From an uncultured delta proteobacterium (lineage in GTDB: Bacteria; Myxococcota_A; UBA9160; SMWR01): a stretch of 64,000 nt of DNA. Below, in pieces: positions 32,127 to 41,171 of this stretch. Positions within the stretch are counted from its first letter, which is position 1. The number at the start of each line of letters is the position of its first letter. The stretch is taken from positions 128,001 through 192,000 of the forward strand of contig CAWHTE010000003.1 of assembly GCA_963832165.1 (NCBI GenBank), read 5' to 3'. The notes beneath the pieces are model-generated. The model had not been told where the DNA came from, searched no databases, and worked only from the letters and a program-made list of their open reading frames with translations. The position numbers and the translations under genes are program-made.

Positions 32127-33446
32127 ATGCGTATCTTGCTGGTCGGCGCGGGCGGACGCGAGCACGCGCTCGCGTGGAAGATCGCCCAGAGCCCGCTCGT
32201 GTCCGCGCTGCTGGCCGCACCGGGAAGCGATGCGATCACTGGCCTCGCGCGGTGCTTCCGCGACGTGGCCGCGACAGACGTCGCGCGTCTCGTCGACCTC
32301 GCGCGCGCGGAGGCGATCGACCTCGTGGTGGTCGGGCCCGAGGACCCGCTCGTCGCGGGTCTCGCCGATCGCCTGCGCGAGGCGGGCATCGCGGTGTTCG
32401 GCCCCTCCGCCGCAGCTGCGCAGCTCGAGGGCAGCAAGTCGTTCGCGAAGGCGTTCATGGCGCGACATCGCATCCCGACCGCCGAGTTCGCCGTGTTCGA
32501 CGACCTCGATTCAGCGCGCACGCACGCGCGCGGTCTCGCACAGGGATGCGTGGTGAAGGCCGACGGCCTCGCCGCGGGCAAGGGTGTTGCGGTGTGCGAG
32601 ACGCCCGAGCAGGCGCTCGCGGCGCTCGACGAGTCGATGCGCGAGCGCCGCTTCGGCGCGGCGGGCGACCGCGTCGTGATCGAGGAGCGTCTCGTCGGCG
32701 AGGAGGCGTCGTACTACGCGATCACGGACGGGGAGCACGTCGTGACGCTCGCGGCGGCGCAGGACCACAAGCGGATCGGCGACGGCGATCGCGGCGAGAA
32801 CACGGGGGGCATGGGCGCCTATGCGCCCGCGCCGATCGTCGACGCGGCGGTCGAGAAGAAGGTGCTCGAGAGAATCGTCTACCCCGCGATCCGGGGACTC
32901 GCCGCCGAGGGAACGCCGTATCGCGGCGTGTTGTTCGTGGGATTGATGATCGACGCAGCGGGCGACCCGCGCGTGATCGAGTTCAACGTGCGGTTCGGCG
33001 ATCCCGAGACGCAGCCGCTCGTGATGCAGATGGCGAGCGACCTGGTACCGCTGCTGGACGGCGCGGCGCGCGGTGCGCTCGGTCGCGCCGCGCCTCCCGA
33101 GAATCGCGGGTGTGCAGTCTGCGTCGTACTCGCTTCGGAGGGCTATCCGCGCGCGGTCGTGAACGGGCGACGGATCACCGGGCTCGACGCCGCGGCTCGC
33201 GATCCCGACGTCGTCGTGTTTCACGCGGGAACCCGCCGCGAGGCCGATGGCAGCTATCTCACCGCGGGCGGCCGCGTGCTCGGCATCACCGCGCGCGGCG
33301 ACACCGTGTCCGTCGCGCGCGCGCGCGCCTACCACGCGGTGGAGCAGGTGACGTTCGAGGGGCGCCAGTTTCGCCGGGACATCGGCAGCAAGTCTTCGAG
33401 CAGCGAGCCGCAGGCGAGCGGAGCCGATGAGGGGGGGGCGCGTTGA
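32127..33446 (+). CDS. purD: Phosphoribosylamine-glycine ligase
   Basis: GAGGREHALA, VVGPE, LEGSK, KADGLAAGKG, NTGGMG, EFNVRFGDPETQ and FRRDIG. Confidence 0.98.
   Translation: MRILLVGAGGREHALAWKIAQSPLVSALLAAPGSDAITGLARCFRDVAATDVARLVDLARAEAIDLVVVGPEDPLVAGLADRLREAGIAVFGPSAAAAQLEGSKSFAKAFMARHRIPTAEFAVFDDLDSARTHARGLAQGCVVKADGLAAGKGVAVCETPEQALAALDESMRERRFGAAGDRVVIEERLVGEEASYYAITDGEHVVTLAAAQDHKRIGDGDRGENTGGMGAYAPAPIVDAAVEKKVLERIVYPAIRGLAAEGTPYRGVLFVGLMIDAAGDPRVIEFNVRFGDPETQPLVMQMASDLVPLLDGAARGALGRAAPPENRGCAVCVVLASEGYPRAVVNGRRITGLDAAARDPDVVVFHAGTRREADGSYLTAGGRVLGITARGDTVSVARARAYHAVEQVTFEGRQFRRDIGSKSSSSEPQASGADEGGAR
33393..33425 (+). repeat. GNA-hairpin repeat, copy in the purD C-terminal tail
   Basis: TCTTCGAGCAGCGAGCCGCAGGCGAGCGGAGCC, 29/33 identical to 31112-31144. 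Confidence 0.75.
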
Positions 33447-34114
33447 CTGCGATCTCTCTCGACGACGCGGTCGCGTGGGTCGCGCAGGGCGGTGTGCTCG
33501 CCTATCCCACCGAAACCGTCTGGGGGCTCGGCGCCGACGCGAAGAGCGATGCGGCCGTCGGCCGGCTGCGCGCGTTCAAGGGGCGCAGCGACGCCGCGCC
33601 GATCTCGATCCTCGTGACCGGCGTCGGCGCGCTCGCGGCGCTCGGCTTCCGCGTCGATGCCGCGGCGCAGCGCCTCGCGCGCGATTTCTGGCCCGGACCC
33701 CTCACGCTCGTGTTGCCCTGCGAGGGCGCGTTCGCGGCCGGTCTCGCGCGCGGGGACGGCGCGGTCGGCGTGCGCTGCTCGCCGCACGCGGTGGCCAGCG
33801 AGCTCGCCGTGCGCTGCGAGCGCGCGGGCACGGGGCCGCTCACTGCGACGAGCTGCAACGCGAGCGGATCCCCCGCAGCGCGCACGCGTGCGGCGGCGCG
33901 CCGGGTGTGCGGGGAGGACCCGTCCGTGCGCGTAATCGGCGATGGCGCCGATGCTGCAAGTTTCGCGCAGCAAGCCGAAGGAGAGCGAAGGCCATTGGGA
34001 GTGGAGACGGCGAGCACCGTGGTCGACGTGACCGGCGCGCACCCGCACGTGCTGCGCTGGGGCGCTCTCACGGAGCGTGCGCTGCGACCGGTGCTCGAGG
34101 AGCTCGCGGCGTGA
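33443..34114 (+). CDS. tsaC: L-threonylcarbamoyladenylate synthase (TsaC/Sua5)
   Basis: AYPTETVWGLG, FKGR, FWPGPLTLV, TATSCN and STVVD. Confidence 0.92.
   Translation: MTAISLDDAVAWVAQGGVLAYPTETVWGLGADAKSDAAVGRLRAFKGRSDAAPISILVTGVGALAALGFRVDAAAQRLARDFWPGPLTLVLPCEGAFAAGLARGDGAVGVRCSPHAVASELAVRCERAGTGPLTATSCNASGSPAARTRAAARRVCGEDPSVRVIGDGADAASFAQQAEGERRPLGVETASTVVDVTGAHPHVLRWGALTERALRPVLEELAA
33962..33990 (+). repeat. GNA-hairpin repeat, copy translated inside tsaC
   Basis: TTCGCGCAGCAAGCCGAAGGAGAGCGAAG, two mismatches to the purH copy. Confidence 0.75.
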
Positions 34115-35382
34115 CCGACGTGCGGCCGTTCCGAGCGCTGCGCTACGACCCTGCGCGCGTCGACCTCTCGCGCGTGATCGTGCCGCCCTACGACGTGGTG
34201 GCCGCCGAGGATCGCGCCGCGTTCTACGACCGCGATCCGCACAACGCGATCCGGCTCGAGCTCACGCGCGACGTCGCCGACGAGGAGGGCACCGACTATC
34301 GCCACGTGCGCGAGACCCTCGACGCCTGGATCGCACAGCAGGTACTCACGCGCGACGCGGAGCCCGCGCTCTACCCGCTGCGCCAGAGCTTCACGGCGCC
34401 CGACGGCACGCGGCTCGCGCGCGAGGGCTTCTTCGCACTGGTCCATCTCGAGGACTACGCGCGCCGGATCGTCCGTCCGCACGAGCAAACGCTCGCGGGG
34501 CCGAAGGCCGACCGGCTCAAGATGCTGCGCGCCGCGCGCGCGAATCTCTCCGTGGTGTTCCTGCTCTACGAAGATCGCGAGCACGCCCTGGCGCCGGTGT
34601 TACGCGACGCGCTCGACCACGCGTCGGTCGGTATCGCGCGCGACGAGACCGGCGCCGAGCACCGGCTCGCGCGCCTCGCCGATCGAACGGCGATCGAGAG
34701 AGTCGCGCGCTTCCTCGCCGATCGCCCCGTCGTGATCGCGGACGGGCACCACCGCTACGAGACCGCGCTCACCTATCGCGACGAGCGGCGCGCCGCGGGC
34801 GACGGCGACGGGCGCGACGCGCCGCACGAGTGGCTGCTCGTGTACCTCGCGAACGCATTCGCGCCGGGCAGCCTGCTCTTGCCGATCCATCGCCTCGTGC
34901 AGAAGGGCGTATTGCCCACCGACGTGGGGCTGCGCGAGCGGCTTCCGGACTGGGAGTGTCATGCCGTGCCGATCGGTGACCCGCAGGAGCTGCCGGGCCT
35001 GCTGGCTCGCCACCTCGAGCCGCTGCGCGACCGCCATGCGTTCGCGGCCGACGATGCGTCGGGGCGGCTGCGCATCCTCTCGCGCGCGCGGCACGACGGC
35101 GAGCTCACCGTTCGCGTGATCCACCGCGAGGTGATCGAGGGTCTGTTCGGGCTCGACGAGGCCGCCGTGCGCGCGGGTGCGATCGCGTACCCGAAGTCCG
35201 CGCTGCAGACCGCGCGCGACCTGCGCGCGGGGCGCGGCGCAGTCGCGCTCTATCTGAACCCGCTCTCCGCCGAGGACGTGTTCCGCGTGACGGGCGCGGG
35301 CGAGGTGCTGCCGCAGAAATCCACGTTCTTCACGCCGAAGCTGCCGAGCGGTCTCGTGTTCCGCCCGCTGGACACCGCGTGA
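34111..35382 (+). CDS. DUF1015 family protein
   Basis: VRPFRALRY, PPYDV, PHEQT, IADGHHRYETA and LPQKSTFFTPKLPSGL. Confidence 0.9.
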   Translation: MTDVRPFRALRYDPARVDLSRVIVPPYDVVAAEDRAAFYDRDPHNAIRLELTRDVADEEGTDYRHVRETLDAWIAQQVLTRDAEPALYPLRQSFTAPDGTRLAREGFFALVHLEDYARRIVRPHEQTLAGPKADRLKMLRAARANLSVVFLLYEDREHALAPVLRDALDHASVGIARDETGAEHRLARLADRTAIERVARFLADRPVVIADGHHRYETALTYRDERRAAGDGDGRDAPHEWLLVYLANAFAPGSLLLPIHRLVQKGVLPTDVGLRERLPDWECHAVPIGDPQELPGLLARHLEPLRDRHAFAADDASGRLRILSRARHDGELTVRVIHREVIEGLFGLDEAAVRAGAIAYPKSALQTARDLRAGRGAVALYLNPLSAEDVFRVTGAGEVLPQKSTFFTPKLPSGLVFRPLDTA

Positions 35383-35702
35383 GCCGCGCGGGGCCGCCGG
35401 AGCGCGTCGGATCGCTGGTCTCCGGCGTGTTGCGCGATCTCGGCCTCGACGAGTCCGCGCGCGCGCTGCGGATTTCCGAGAGCTGGGAGGGCGTGGTCGG
35501 CACCGAAGTGGCCGCGCACTGCCGGCCGGTGGCGCTGCGCAATGGTGTGCTCGAAGCCCATGCGGACTCGAGCGCCTGGTGCCAGACACTGCGGCTGCGC
35601 GCCCCGGAGCTGCTCGACCGGCTCGCGCGCGCGCTCGGCGACGACGCGCCCCACGCGATCTGGTTTCGACTGGCTGGCTCCGAGGGTATCCTGCCGCGAT
35701 GA
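35379..35702 (+). CDS. dciA: DUF721/DciA-family protein (helicase loader-like)
   Basis: WEGVVG-EVAAHCRP...GVLEAHADSSAWCQTL pattern. Confidence 0.75.
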   Translation: MSRAGPPERVGSLVSGVLRDLGLDESARALRISESWEGVVGTEVAAHCRPVALRNGVLEAHADSSAWCQTLRLRAPELLDRLARALGDDAPHAIWFRLAGSEGILPR

Positions 35703-35887
35703 GCGACCAACCCGACGCCGACGCGCAGGGGCGGTTTCGCTGCGATTTCTGCGGCGCCGAGGTGCCGCGCGTGCGGCGCGTGGCGCTCGACCGCGACTAC
35801 GATCGGCTCCAGAAGCCGCACCGCGTGCTGTACGCCTGTCCGGAGTGCTCCGAGCGCAAGGAGCGCGAGCGAGCGGGGAGCCTCTAG
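35699..35887 (+). CDS. Small putative zinc-ribbon protein, 62 aa
   Basis: ATGA overlap with dciA. CDFC...CPEC pairs and typical high-GC codon usage. Confidence 0.65.
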   Translation: MSDQPDADAQGRFRCDFCGAEVPRVRRVALDRDYDRLQKPHRVLYACPECSERKERERAGSL

Positions 35888-35947
35888 CGGGAAGCGCGGA
35901 GTTTTCCTAGAGTCCGCGCCTATTTCCGCCGCTGAAGGACAATCGCG

Positions 35948-36202
35948 ATGGTCAAGATCCGCCTCACGCGCGCCGGTGCGCGCAACCGACCCTTCTACCG
36001 CATCGTCGTGCTCGACGAGCGGCGTCCGCGAGACGGTCGGCCCCTCGCATTCCTCGGCACCTTCGATCCGAAGGTGAACCCCGAGAAGCTCTCGGTCCGC
36101 ACCGAAGCGCTCGAGGCCTGGGTGAAGAAGGGCGCACAGCTCTCGCCCACGGTGAAGTCGCTGTTGCGGCGCGCGAAGCAGCGCGCGGCGGCGAGCGCGT
36201 GA
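35948..36202 (+). CDS. rpsP: 30S ribosomal protein S16
   Basis: MVKIRLTRAG...PFYRIVV...GAQLSPTVKSLL. Confidence 0.97.
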   Translation: MVKIRLTRAGARNRPFYRIVVLDERRPRDGRPLAFLGTFDPKVNPEKLSVRTEALEAWVKKGAQLSPTVKSLLRRAKQRAAASA

Positions 36203-36432
36203 TGGCGAGCAAGCCCGCGGAGCTCGTCGAGTTCGTGGCCAAGGCGCTCGTCGATCACCCGGAGCAGGTGGCGGTGCGCGAGTCGGATGGCGGCCGACTG
36301 CTCGAGCTCGAGACGAATGCAGACGACCGCGGTCGCGTGATCGGCCGCCAGGGTCGGGTGGCGAAGGCGATGCGCGCGCTGCTCGGAGTGTCGCGCGATG
36401 GAGCGGACTGCCGGCTCGACATCGTCGATTGA
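36199..36432 (+). CDS. khpA: KH-domain RNA-binding protein KhpA
   Basis: LVEFVAKALVDHPEQV and DRGRVIGRQGR (GxxG). Lies between rpsP and rimM. Confidence 0.92.
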   Translation: MMASKPAELVEFVAKALVDHPEQVAVRESDGGRLLELETNADDRGRVIGRQGRVAKAMRALLGVSRDGADCRLDIVD

Positions 36433-36961
36433 GCCCGAGCGCATCACGCTCGGGCGTGTGATCGGGGCGCACGGGCTGCGCGGAGAGCTGCGGGTCCGGC
36501 TCCTCGACGAGACAGACAACAACTTGCGCGCGATGTCGAGCGTCTGGCTCGCTCGCGAAGAGGGGGATCCGAAAGCAGTCGAAGCCCGGGTGCGGGCGGT
36601 CGGCTCGGGGCGTCGCGGCGAAGCGAGGCTCGCGCTCGAAGGCGTCGACGGCCGCGAGGCCGCAGAGGCGCTGCGCGGGCGGCTCGTGCAGGCCCTCGTG
36701 AAGAACCTCGCTCCGCTCGCGGAGGGTGAGTACTACCAGTACGAGCTCGTCGGGTGCCGGGTCGAGGACAGCGAGGGACGCGTGCTAGGCGTCGTCAAGG
36801 GGATCTGGGAGACCGGCGCGGACGTGCTGATCGTGGTGGACGAAGCGTCGCAGCGCGAGCATCTGATCCCCGCGGCGCCCGAGTTCCTGCGCGAGGTGGA
36901 CGTGGCGGCGCGGCGGATCACGGTCGATGTACCGCCGGGTCTGCTCGAGCCGGAGGAGTAG
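36398..36961 (+). CDS. rimM: 16S rRNA processing protein RimM
   Basis: [23 protein letters not shown] and HLIP...PPGLL. Confidence 0.93.
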   Translation: MERTAGSTSSIEPERITLGRVIGAHGLRGELRVRLLDETDNNLRAMSSVWLAREEGDPKAVEARVRAVGSGRRGEARLALEGVDGREAAEALRGRLVQALVKNLAPLAEGEYYQYELVGCRVEDSEGRVLGVVKGIWETGADVLIVVDEASQREHLIPAAPEFLREVDVAARRITVDVPPGLLEPEE

Positions 36962-36964
36962 TCG

Positions 36965-37699
36965 ATGCTCCGCCGAGTCGACGTCGTGACGATCTTCCCG
37001 GCGCTGTTCGAGCCGTTCCTGCGCGAGTCGATCCTCGGCGCGGCGGTCGCGAGCGGACAGGTGGACGTCGCGGTGCACGATCTGCGGCGCTGGACCACCG
37101 ATCGGCATCACGTGGTCGACGACGCACCCTACGGCGGGGGACCGGGCATGGTGATGAAGCCCGAACCGCTCGTGGCCGCGATCGAGGCGCTCGCGGGGCC
37201 GAAGGGTCCCAGCCGGACCGCGTGGGTTGCGCTGATGTCGCCGCAGGGTCGGCGCCTCGAGCAGAAGGACCTGGCCCGGCTCGTGGAACGCGACGCGCTC
37301 GTGCTGGTGTGTGGCCGCTACGAGGGGATCGACCAGCGCGTGATCGAGCTGGCCGTGGACGAGGAGCTCTCGATCGGCGACTACGTGCTCTCGGGCGGCG
37401 AAGTGCCCGCGATGGTGCTGATCGAGGGAGTGACGCGACTGCTGCCGGGCGTACTCGGCAATCCGGATTCCGCAAAATTCGAATCGTTTCAGGAAGGATT
37501 ACTGGAGGGACCCCAATACACGCGGCCCGCGCAGTTCCGCGGCCGGTCGGTGCCGGAGATCCTGCTCTCGGGGGATCACGGCGCAGTCGACCGCTGGCGG
37601 AAGGAGCAGGCCCGCGCCATCACGCGCTCGCGACGGCCCGATCTCTGGGCCGGGGCCGGCGCGCGGGGCGCCTCGGGAGTCGCAGGAGAAGACACATGA
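36965..37699 (+). CDS. trmD: tRNA (guanine37-N1)-methyltransferase
   Basis: [35 protein letters not shown] and YTRP. Confidence 0.98.
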   Translation: MLRRVDVVTIFPALFEPFLRESILGAAVASGQVDVAVHDLRRWTTDRHHVVDDAPYGGGPGMVMKPEPLVAAIEALAGPKGPSRTAWVALMSPQGRRLEQKDLARLVERDALVLVCGRYEGIDQRVIELAVDEELSIGDYVLSGGEVPAMVLIEGVTRLLPGVLGNPDSAKFESFQEGLLEGPQYTRPAQFRGRSVPEILLSGDHGAVDRWRKEQARAITRSRRPDLWAGAGARGASGVAGEDT

Positions 37700-38154
37700 A
37701 TCGCATCGACGCCATCCACCCGAATGCACCGCGCCGCGATCTGCCGCCGTTCCGCTCCGGCGACACCGTGCGCGTGCACGTGAGCATCACCGAAGGCGAC
37801 AAACAGCGGATCCAGGTGTTCGAGGGCGTCGTGATCCGGCGCCGCGGTCGCGGCGCCTCCGGCACGTTCACCGTGCGCAAGATCTCGTACGGAGTCGGCG
37901 TCGAGCGGATCTTCCTCACCGAGGCGCCGTCCGTCACGAAGGTGGAGATCAAGGCGCGCGGCCACGTGCGCCGCGCGCGCCTCTACTACCTGCGCGACCT
38001 CAAGGGCAAGAAGGCGCGCCTGCGCTCGAAGCTGCGCGACCTCTCGGGTCTCGTCGGCGAGGAGGGCGCCGGCACGGCGGCGGAAGCCGATGCCACCGAG
38101 GTGCTGCCCGCAATCGCCGAGGGTGAAGAGACCGAGGCCGAGTCGACTGCGTAG
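37696..38154 (+). CDS. rplS: 50S ribosomal protein L19 with acidic C-terminal extension
   Basis: [33 protein letters not shown] and [10 protein letters not shown]. Confidence 0.97.
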   Translation: MNRIDAIHPNAPRRDLPPFRSGDTVRVHVSITEGDKQRIQVFEGVVIRRRGRGASGTFTVRKISYGVGVERIFLTEAPSVTKVEIKARGHVRRARLYYLRDLKGKKARLRSKLRDLSGLVGEEGAGTAAEADATEVLPAIAEGEETEAESTA

Positions 38155-38158
38155 GGCG

Positions 38159-38530
38159 CTAGTCGCCGTCCTCGAAGGCGCCCTCCCAGTGCGTGACGCG
38201 GAACCCGCCGCGCTGCGCAGGCTCGCACGTGACGACGTCGAAGCGGATCCGCCCCGCGCGGCGCCCGCTCGCGCGCAGCCACGCGGCCGCGCCGCGCGCG
38301 ATGCGCGACTGCTTGCGCGAATCGACGGACTCGGCGGCGGCGCCGAAGCGATCGCCGCGCCGCGTCTTCACCTCCACGAACACGAGCACACCCGCGCGTT
38401 CGGCGATGATGTCGAGCTCGACGCGGTCGGCGCGCGCGTTTCGCGCGAGGATCCGGTAGCCCCGACGTTCGAGGTGGGTGCACGCGGCGGATTCACCGGC
38501 GGCACCGAGGGCTCGGCGCGCTTGGGTCAC
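38159..38530 (-). CDS. yraN: YraN family PD-(D/E)XK nuclease-like protein
   Basis: LGAAGE, GYRILARN, ELDIIA, VFVEVKTR and RFDVV. Confidence 0.92.
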   Translation of the reverse strand: MTQARRALGAAGESAACTHLERRGYRILARNARADRVELDIIAERAGVLVFVEVKTRRGDRFGAAAESVDSRKQSRIARGAAAWLRASGRRAGRIRFDVVTCEPAQRGGFRVTHWEGAFEDGD

Positions 38531-38596
38531 GGCGTTTCTCCGGGACCGGGGCGACGAGAGGATAACCCCGCCTGAGCTACGCTGGCCCGCCTCGGG

Positions 38597-38632
38597 GCAA
38601 GGAGGCCGACGAAGTCGGCCGACGCGCAGCGA
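38597..38632 (+). repeat. 36-bp REP-like hairpin repeat (intergenic)
   Basis: GCAAGGAGGCCGACGAAGTCGGCCGACGCGCAGCGA, identical to 47570-47605. Stem-loop GGCCGAC-GAA-GTCGGCC. Confidence 0.85.
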
Positions 38633-38651
38633 TTGGGGGGAAGAGGATCGC

Positions 38652-39527
38652 GTGGCCGGTGTGATCGGCGTGCTCGGTGGCAGCGGCGTGTACGAGCTCG
38701 ACGGGCTCGAAGATGCGCGCTGGGAACCGGTGGCTTCGCCCTTCGGCACGCCGTCGGACGCGATCCTGCGCGGCCGCTTCGGCGGCGCGGACTACGCATT
38801 CCTGCCCCGACACGGGCGCGGGCACCGGATCCCGCCCAGCGAGATCGACTACCGCGCCAACATCGATGCGCTCAAGCGCGTCGGCGTCACCGATCTGATC
38901 TCGGTCTCTGCATGCGGATCACTGCGCGAAGATCTCGCGCCCGGCACGTTCGTGCTCGTCGATCAGTTCGTCGACCGCACGTTCGCGCGCGCCAAGTCGT
39001 TCTTCGGCACGGGCTGCGTCGCGCACGTGTCGATGGCCGACCCGGTCTGCGCGCGGCTGCACGACGTGCTCGAGGCGGCCGGCCGCGCCGCGGGGATCCG
39101 GCTCCGGCGCGGCGGCGTCTACCTCGTGATGGAAGGGCCGCAGTTCTCGAGCCGGGCCGAGTCGGAGCTCTACCGGTCGTGGGGCTGCGACGTGATCGGC
39201 ATGACCAACATGCCCGAGGCGAAGCTCGCGCGCGAAGCAGAGATCTGTTATGCGAGCGTGGCGATGGTGACCGACTACGACTGCTGGCACCCGCACGAGG
39301 CCGACGTCCAGGTCTCGGACATCGTGGCCGTGCTCGCCGACAACGCCGCGCGCGGGCGAGAGCTCGTGTCGGGGCTCGCCAAGGAGCTCGTGCGCCGTCC
39401 GACGCCGTGTCCGTCCGGCTGCGATCGCGCGCTCGACACCGCGATCATCACGCCGCCCGCCGCGCGCGATCCGAAGCTGCTCGCGCGGCTCGACGCGGTC
39501 GCGGGCCGCGTGTTCGCGCAGGACTAG
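38652..39527 (+). CDS. mtnP: S-methyl-5'-thioadenosine phosphorylase
   Basis: IGVLGGSG, PRHGRGH, MEGPQFS, IGMTNMPEAKLAREA and TDYDCWH. Confidence 0.95.
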   Translation: MAGVIGVLGGSGVYELDGLEDARWEPVASPFGTPSDAILRGRFGGADYAFLPRHGRGHRIPPSEIDYRANIDALKRVGVTDLISVSACGSLREDLAPGTFVLVDQFVDRTFARAKSFFGTGCVAHVSMADPVCARLHDVLEAAGRAAGIRLRRGGVYLVMEGPQFSSRAESELYRSWGCDVIGMTNMPEAKLAREAEICYASVAMVTDYDCWHPHEADVQVSDIVAVLADNAARGRELVSGLAKELVRRPTPCPSGCDRALDTAIITPPAARDPKLLARLDAVAGRVFAQD

Positions 39528-39541
39528 GCGGGAGTAGCACG

Positions 39542-40078
39542 ATGTCGAGCGAACCGATCAAGGGGCGGATCCGCACCATCCCGGACCACCCCAAGCCCGG
39601 CATCCAGTTCCGCGACATCACCACGTTGCTCCAGGACCCGGTCGGGCTCCACCTCTCGGTGCAGCAGCTCGCGGCCGCGTTCAAGGGCGAGTCGATCGAC
39701 AAGGTCGCGGGCATCGAGGCGCGCGGCTTCATCCTCGGCGGCGCGATCGCGCTGCAGCTCGAGGCGGGCTTCGTCGCCGTGCGCAAGGCTGGCAAGCTCC
39801 CCCACACCACGATCGGCGTGAGCTACGAGCTCGAGTACGGCACCGACCGCGTCGAGATCCACACCGACGCGATCCACCGCGGCGAGCGCGTGCTCGTGAT
39901 CGACGACCTGATCGCCACGGGCGGCACCGCGCTCGCGAGCGTGGAGCTGATCGAGCAGGCGGGCGGCGAGGTGGTGGGCTGCGGCTTCATCGTCGACCTG
40001 CCGGACCTCGGCGGCGCGGCGCGCCTCGTCGAGCGCGGCCTGCGCGTGCACTCGCTGTGCGCGTTCGAGGGGGAGTAG
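39542..40078 (+). CDS. apt: Adenine phosphoribosyltransferase
   Basis: PDHPKPGIQFRDIT, GIEARGF, RKAGKLP, YELEYG and IDDLIATGGT. Confidence 0.96.
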   Translation: MSSEPIKGRIRTIPDHPKPGIQFRDITTLLQDPVGLHLSVQQLAAAFKGESIDKVAGIEARGFILGGAIALQLEAGFVAVRKAGKLPHTTIGVSYELEYGTDRVEIHTDAIHRGERVLVIDDLIATGGTALASVELIEQAGGEVVGCGFIVDLPDLGGAARLVERGLRVHSLCAFEGE

Positions 40079-40084
40079 AACGCG

Positions 40085-41170
40085 GTGCGCGTCGACGGCG
40101 TCCCCTACCGCACCATCCGGGTGGCGGAAGACGGAGCCACCGTCGAGATCATCGATCAGACCCGGCTTCCGCATGCGTTCGAGATCGCGGCGCTGCGCAC
40201 GCTCGACGACGCGCTGCACGCGATCCGCGCCATGCAGGTGCGCGGCGCGCCGCTGATCGGCGTGACGGCGGCCTACGGCCTCTGCCTCGCGCTGCGCGCC
40301 GACGCGTCCGACGGTTCGCTCGACCGTGCGAGCGCCGCGCTGCTCGCCACGCGCCCGACCGCGGTGAATCTGCGCTGGGCGCTCGCGCAGATGCGCACCG
40401 CGCTCGCCGACGTGGCGCTGGCTGATCGCGTCGCCGCGGCCTATCGGACCGCCGCGGCGATGGCCGACGAGGACGTGGCGCTGTGCCGTGCGATCGGCGA
40501 GCACGGATCCAAGCTGCTGTCGGAGGTGCCGCGCCGCAGCGGCGAGGCACTCCAGGTGCTCACGCACTGCAACGCGGGCTGGCTGGCCACGGTCGACTGG
40601 GGCACTGCGCTCGCGCCGATCTACGCCGTGCACGATCGCGGACTGCCGGTCCACGTCTGGGTCGGCGAGACGCGCCCGCGCAACCAGGGGGCCAGCCTCA
40701 CCGCGTGGGAGCTCGGAGGGCACGGCGTGCCGCATACCGTGATCGCGGACAACGCAGCCGGCCACCTCATGAACGCGGGCCGCGTCGACGTGTGCATCAC
40801 GGGCGCCGACCGCGTCGCCGCCAACGGCGACGTGTGCAACAAGATCGGCACCTATCTCGTGGCGCTCGCCGCGCGCGACTGCGGCGTCCCGTTCTACGCG
40901 GCGCTGCCCTACAGCACGATCGACTGGACGCTCGCCGACGGCGCGGACATCCCGATCGAAGAGCGCGACGCGGCCGAGGTGTCGCGGATTCGCGGGCGCG
41001 GCGCGAGCGGCGAGCTGGTCGAGGTCGACGTGTTGCCTCCGGGCAGCCCCGCCGCGAACCCGGCATTCGACGTCACGCCCGCGCGCCTGGTCGCCGGAAT
41101 CGTCACGGAGCGCGGCGTCTGCGCGGCGTCGCGCGAAGGGCTCCTCTCGCTCTACCCCGAACGGCGTTAG
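40085..41170 (+). CDS. mtnA: Methylthioribose-1-phosphate isomerase
   Basis: MQVRGAPLIG, TRPTAVNL, THCNAGWLAT, ETRPRNQG, NKIGTY and NPAFDVTP. Confidence 0.96.
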   Translation: MRVDGVPYRTIRVAEDGATVEIIDQTRLPHAFEIAALRTLDDALHAIRAMQVRGAPLIGVTAAYGLCLALRADASDGSLDRASAALLATRPTAVNLRWALAQMRTALADVALADRVAAAYRTAAAMADEDVALCRAIGEHGSKLLSEVPRRSGEALQVLTHCNAGWLATVDWGTALAPIYAVHDRGLPVHVWVGETRPRNQGASLTAWELGGHGVPHTVIADNAAGHLMNAGRVDVCITGADRVAANGDVCNKIGTYLVALAARDCGVPFYAALPYSTIDWTLADGADIPIEERDAAEVSRIRGRGASGELVEVDVLPPGSPAANPAFDVTPARLVAGIVTERGVCAASREGLLSLYPERR

Positions 41171-41171
41171 C

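Noticed and set aside
33431..33438. G8 tract as a phase-variation site
   Set aside because: Short, at the end of an essential gene, and plausibly part of the tsaC ribosome-binding region or the repeat flank.
35886..35933. Structured leader upstream of rpsP
   Set aside because: A GCGCGGA/TCCGCGC stem exists, but such pairing is common in GC-rich DNA and I have no covariation evidence.
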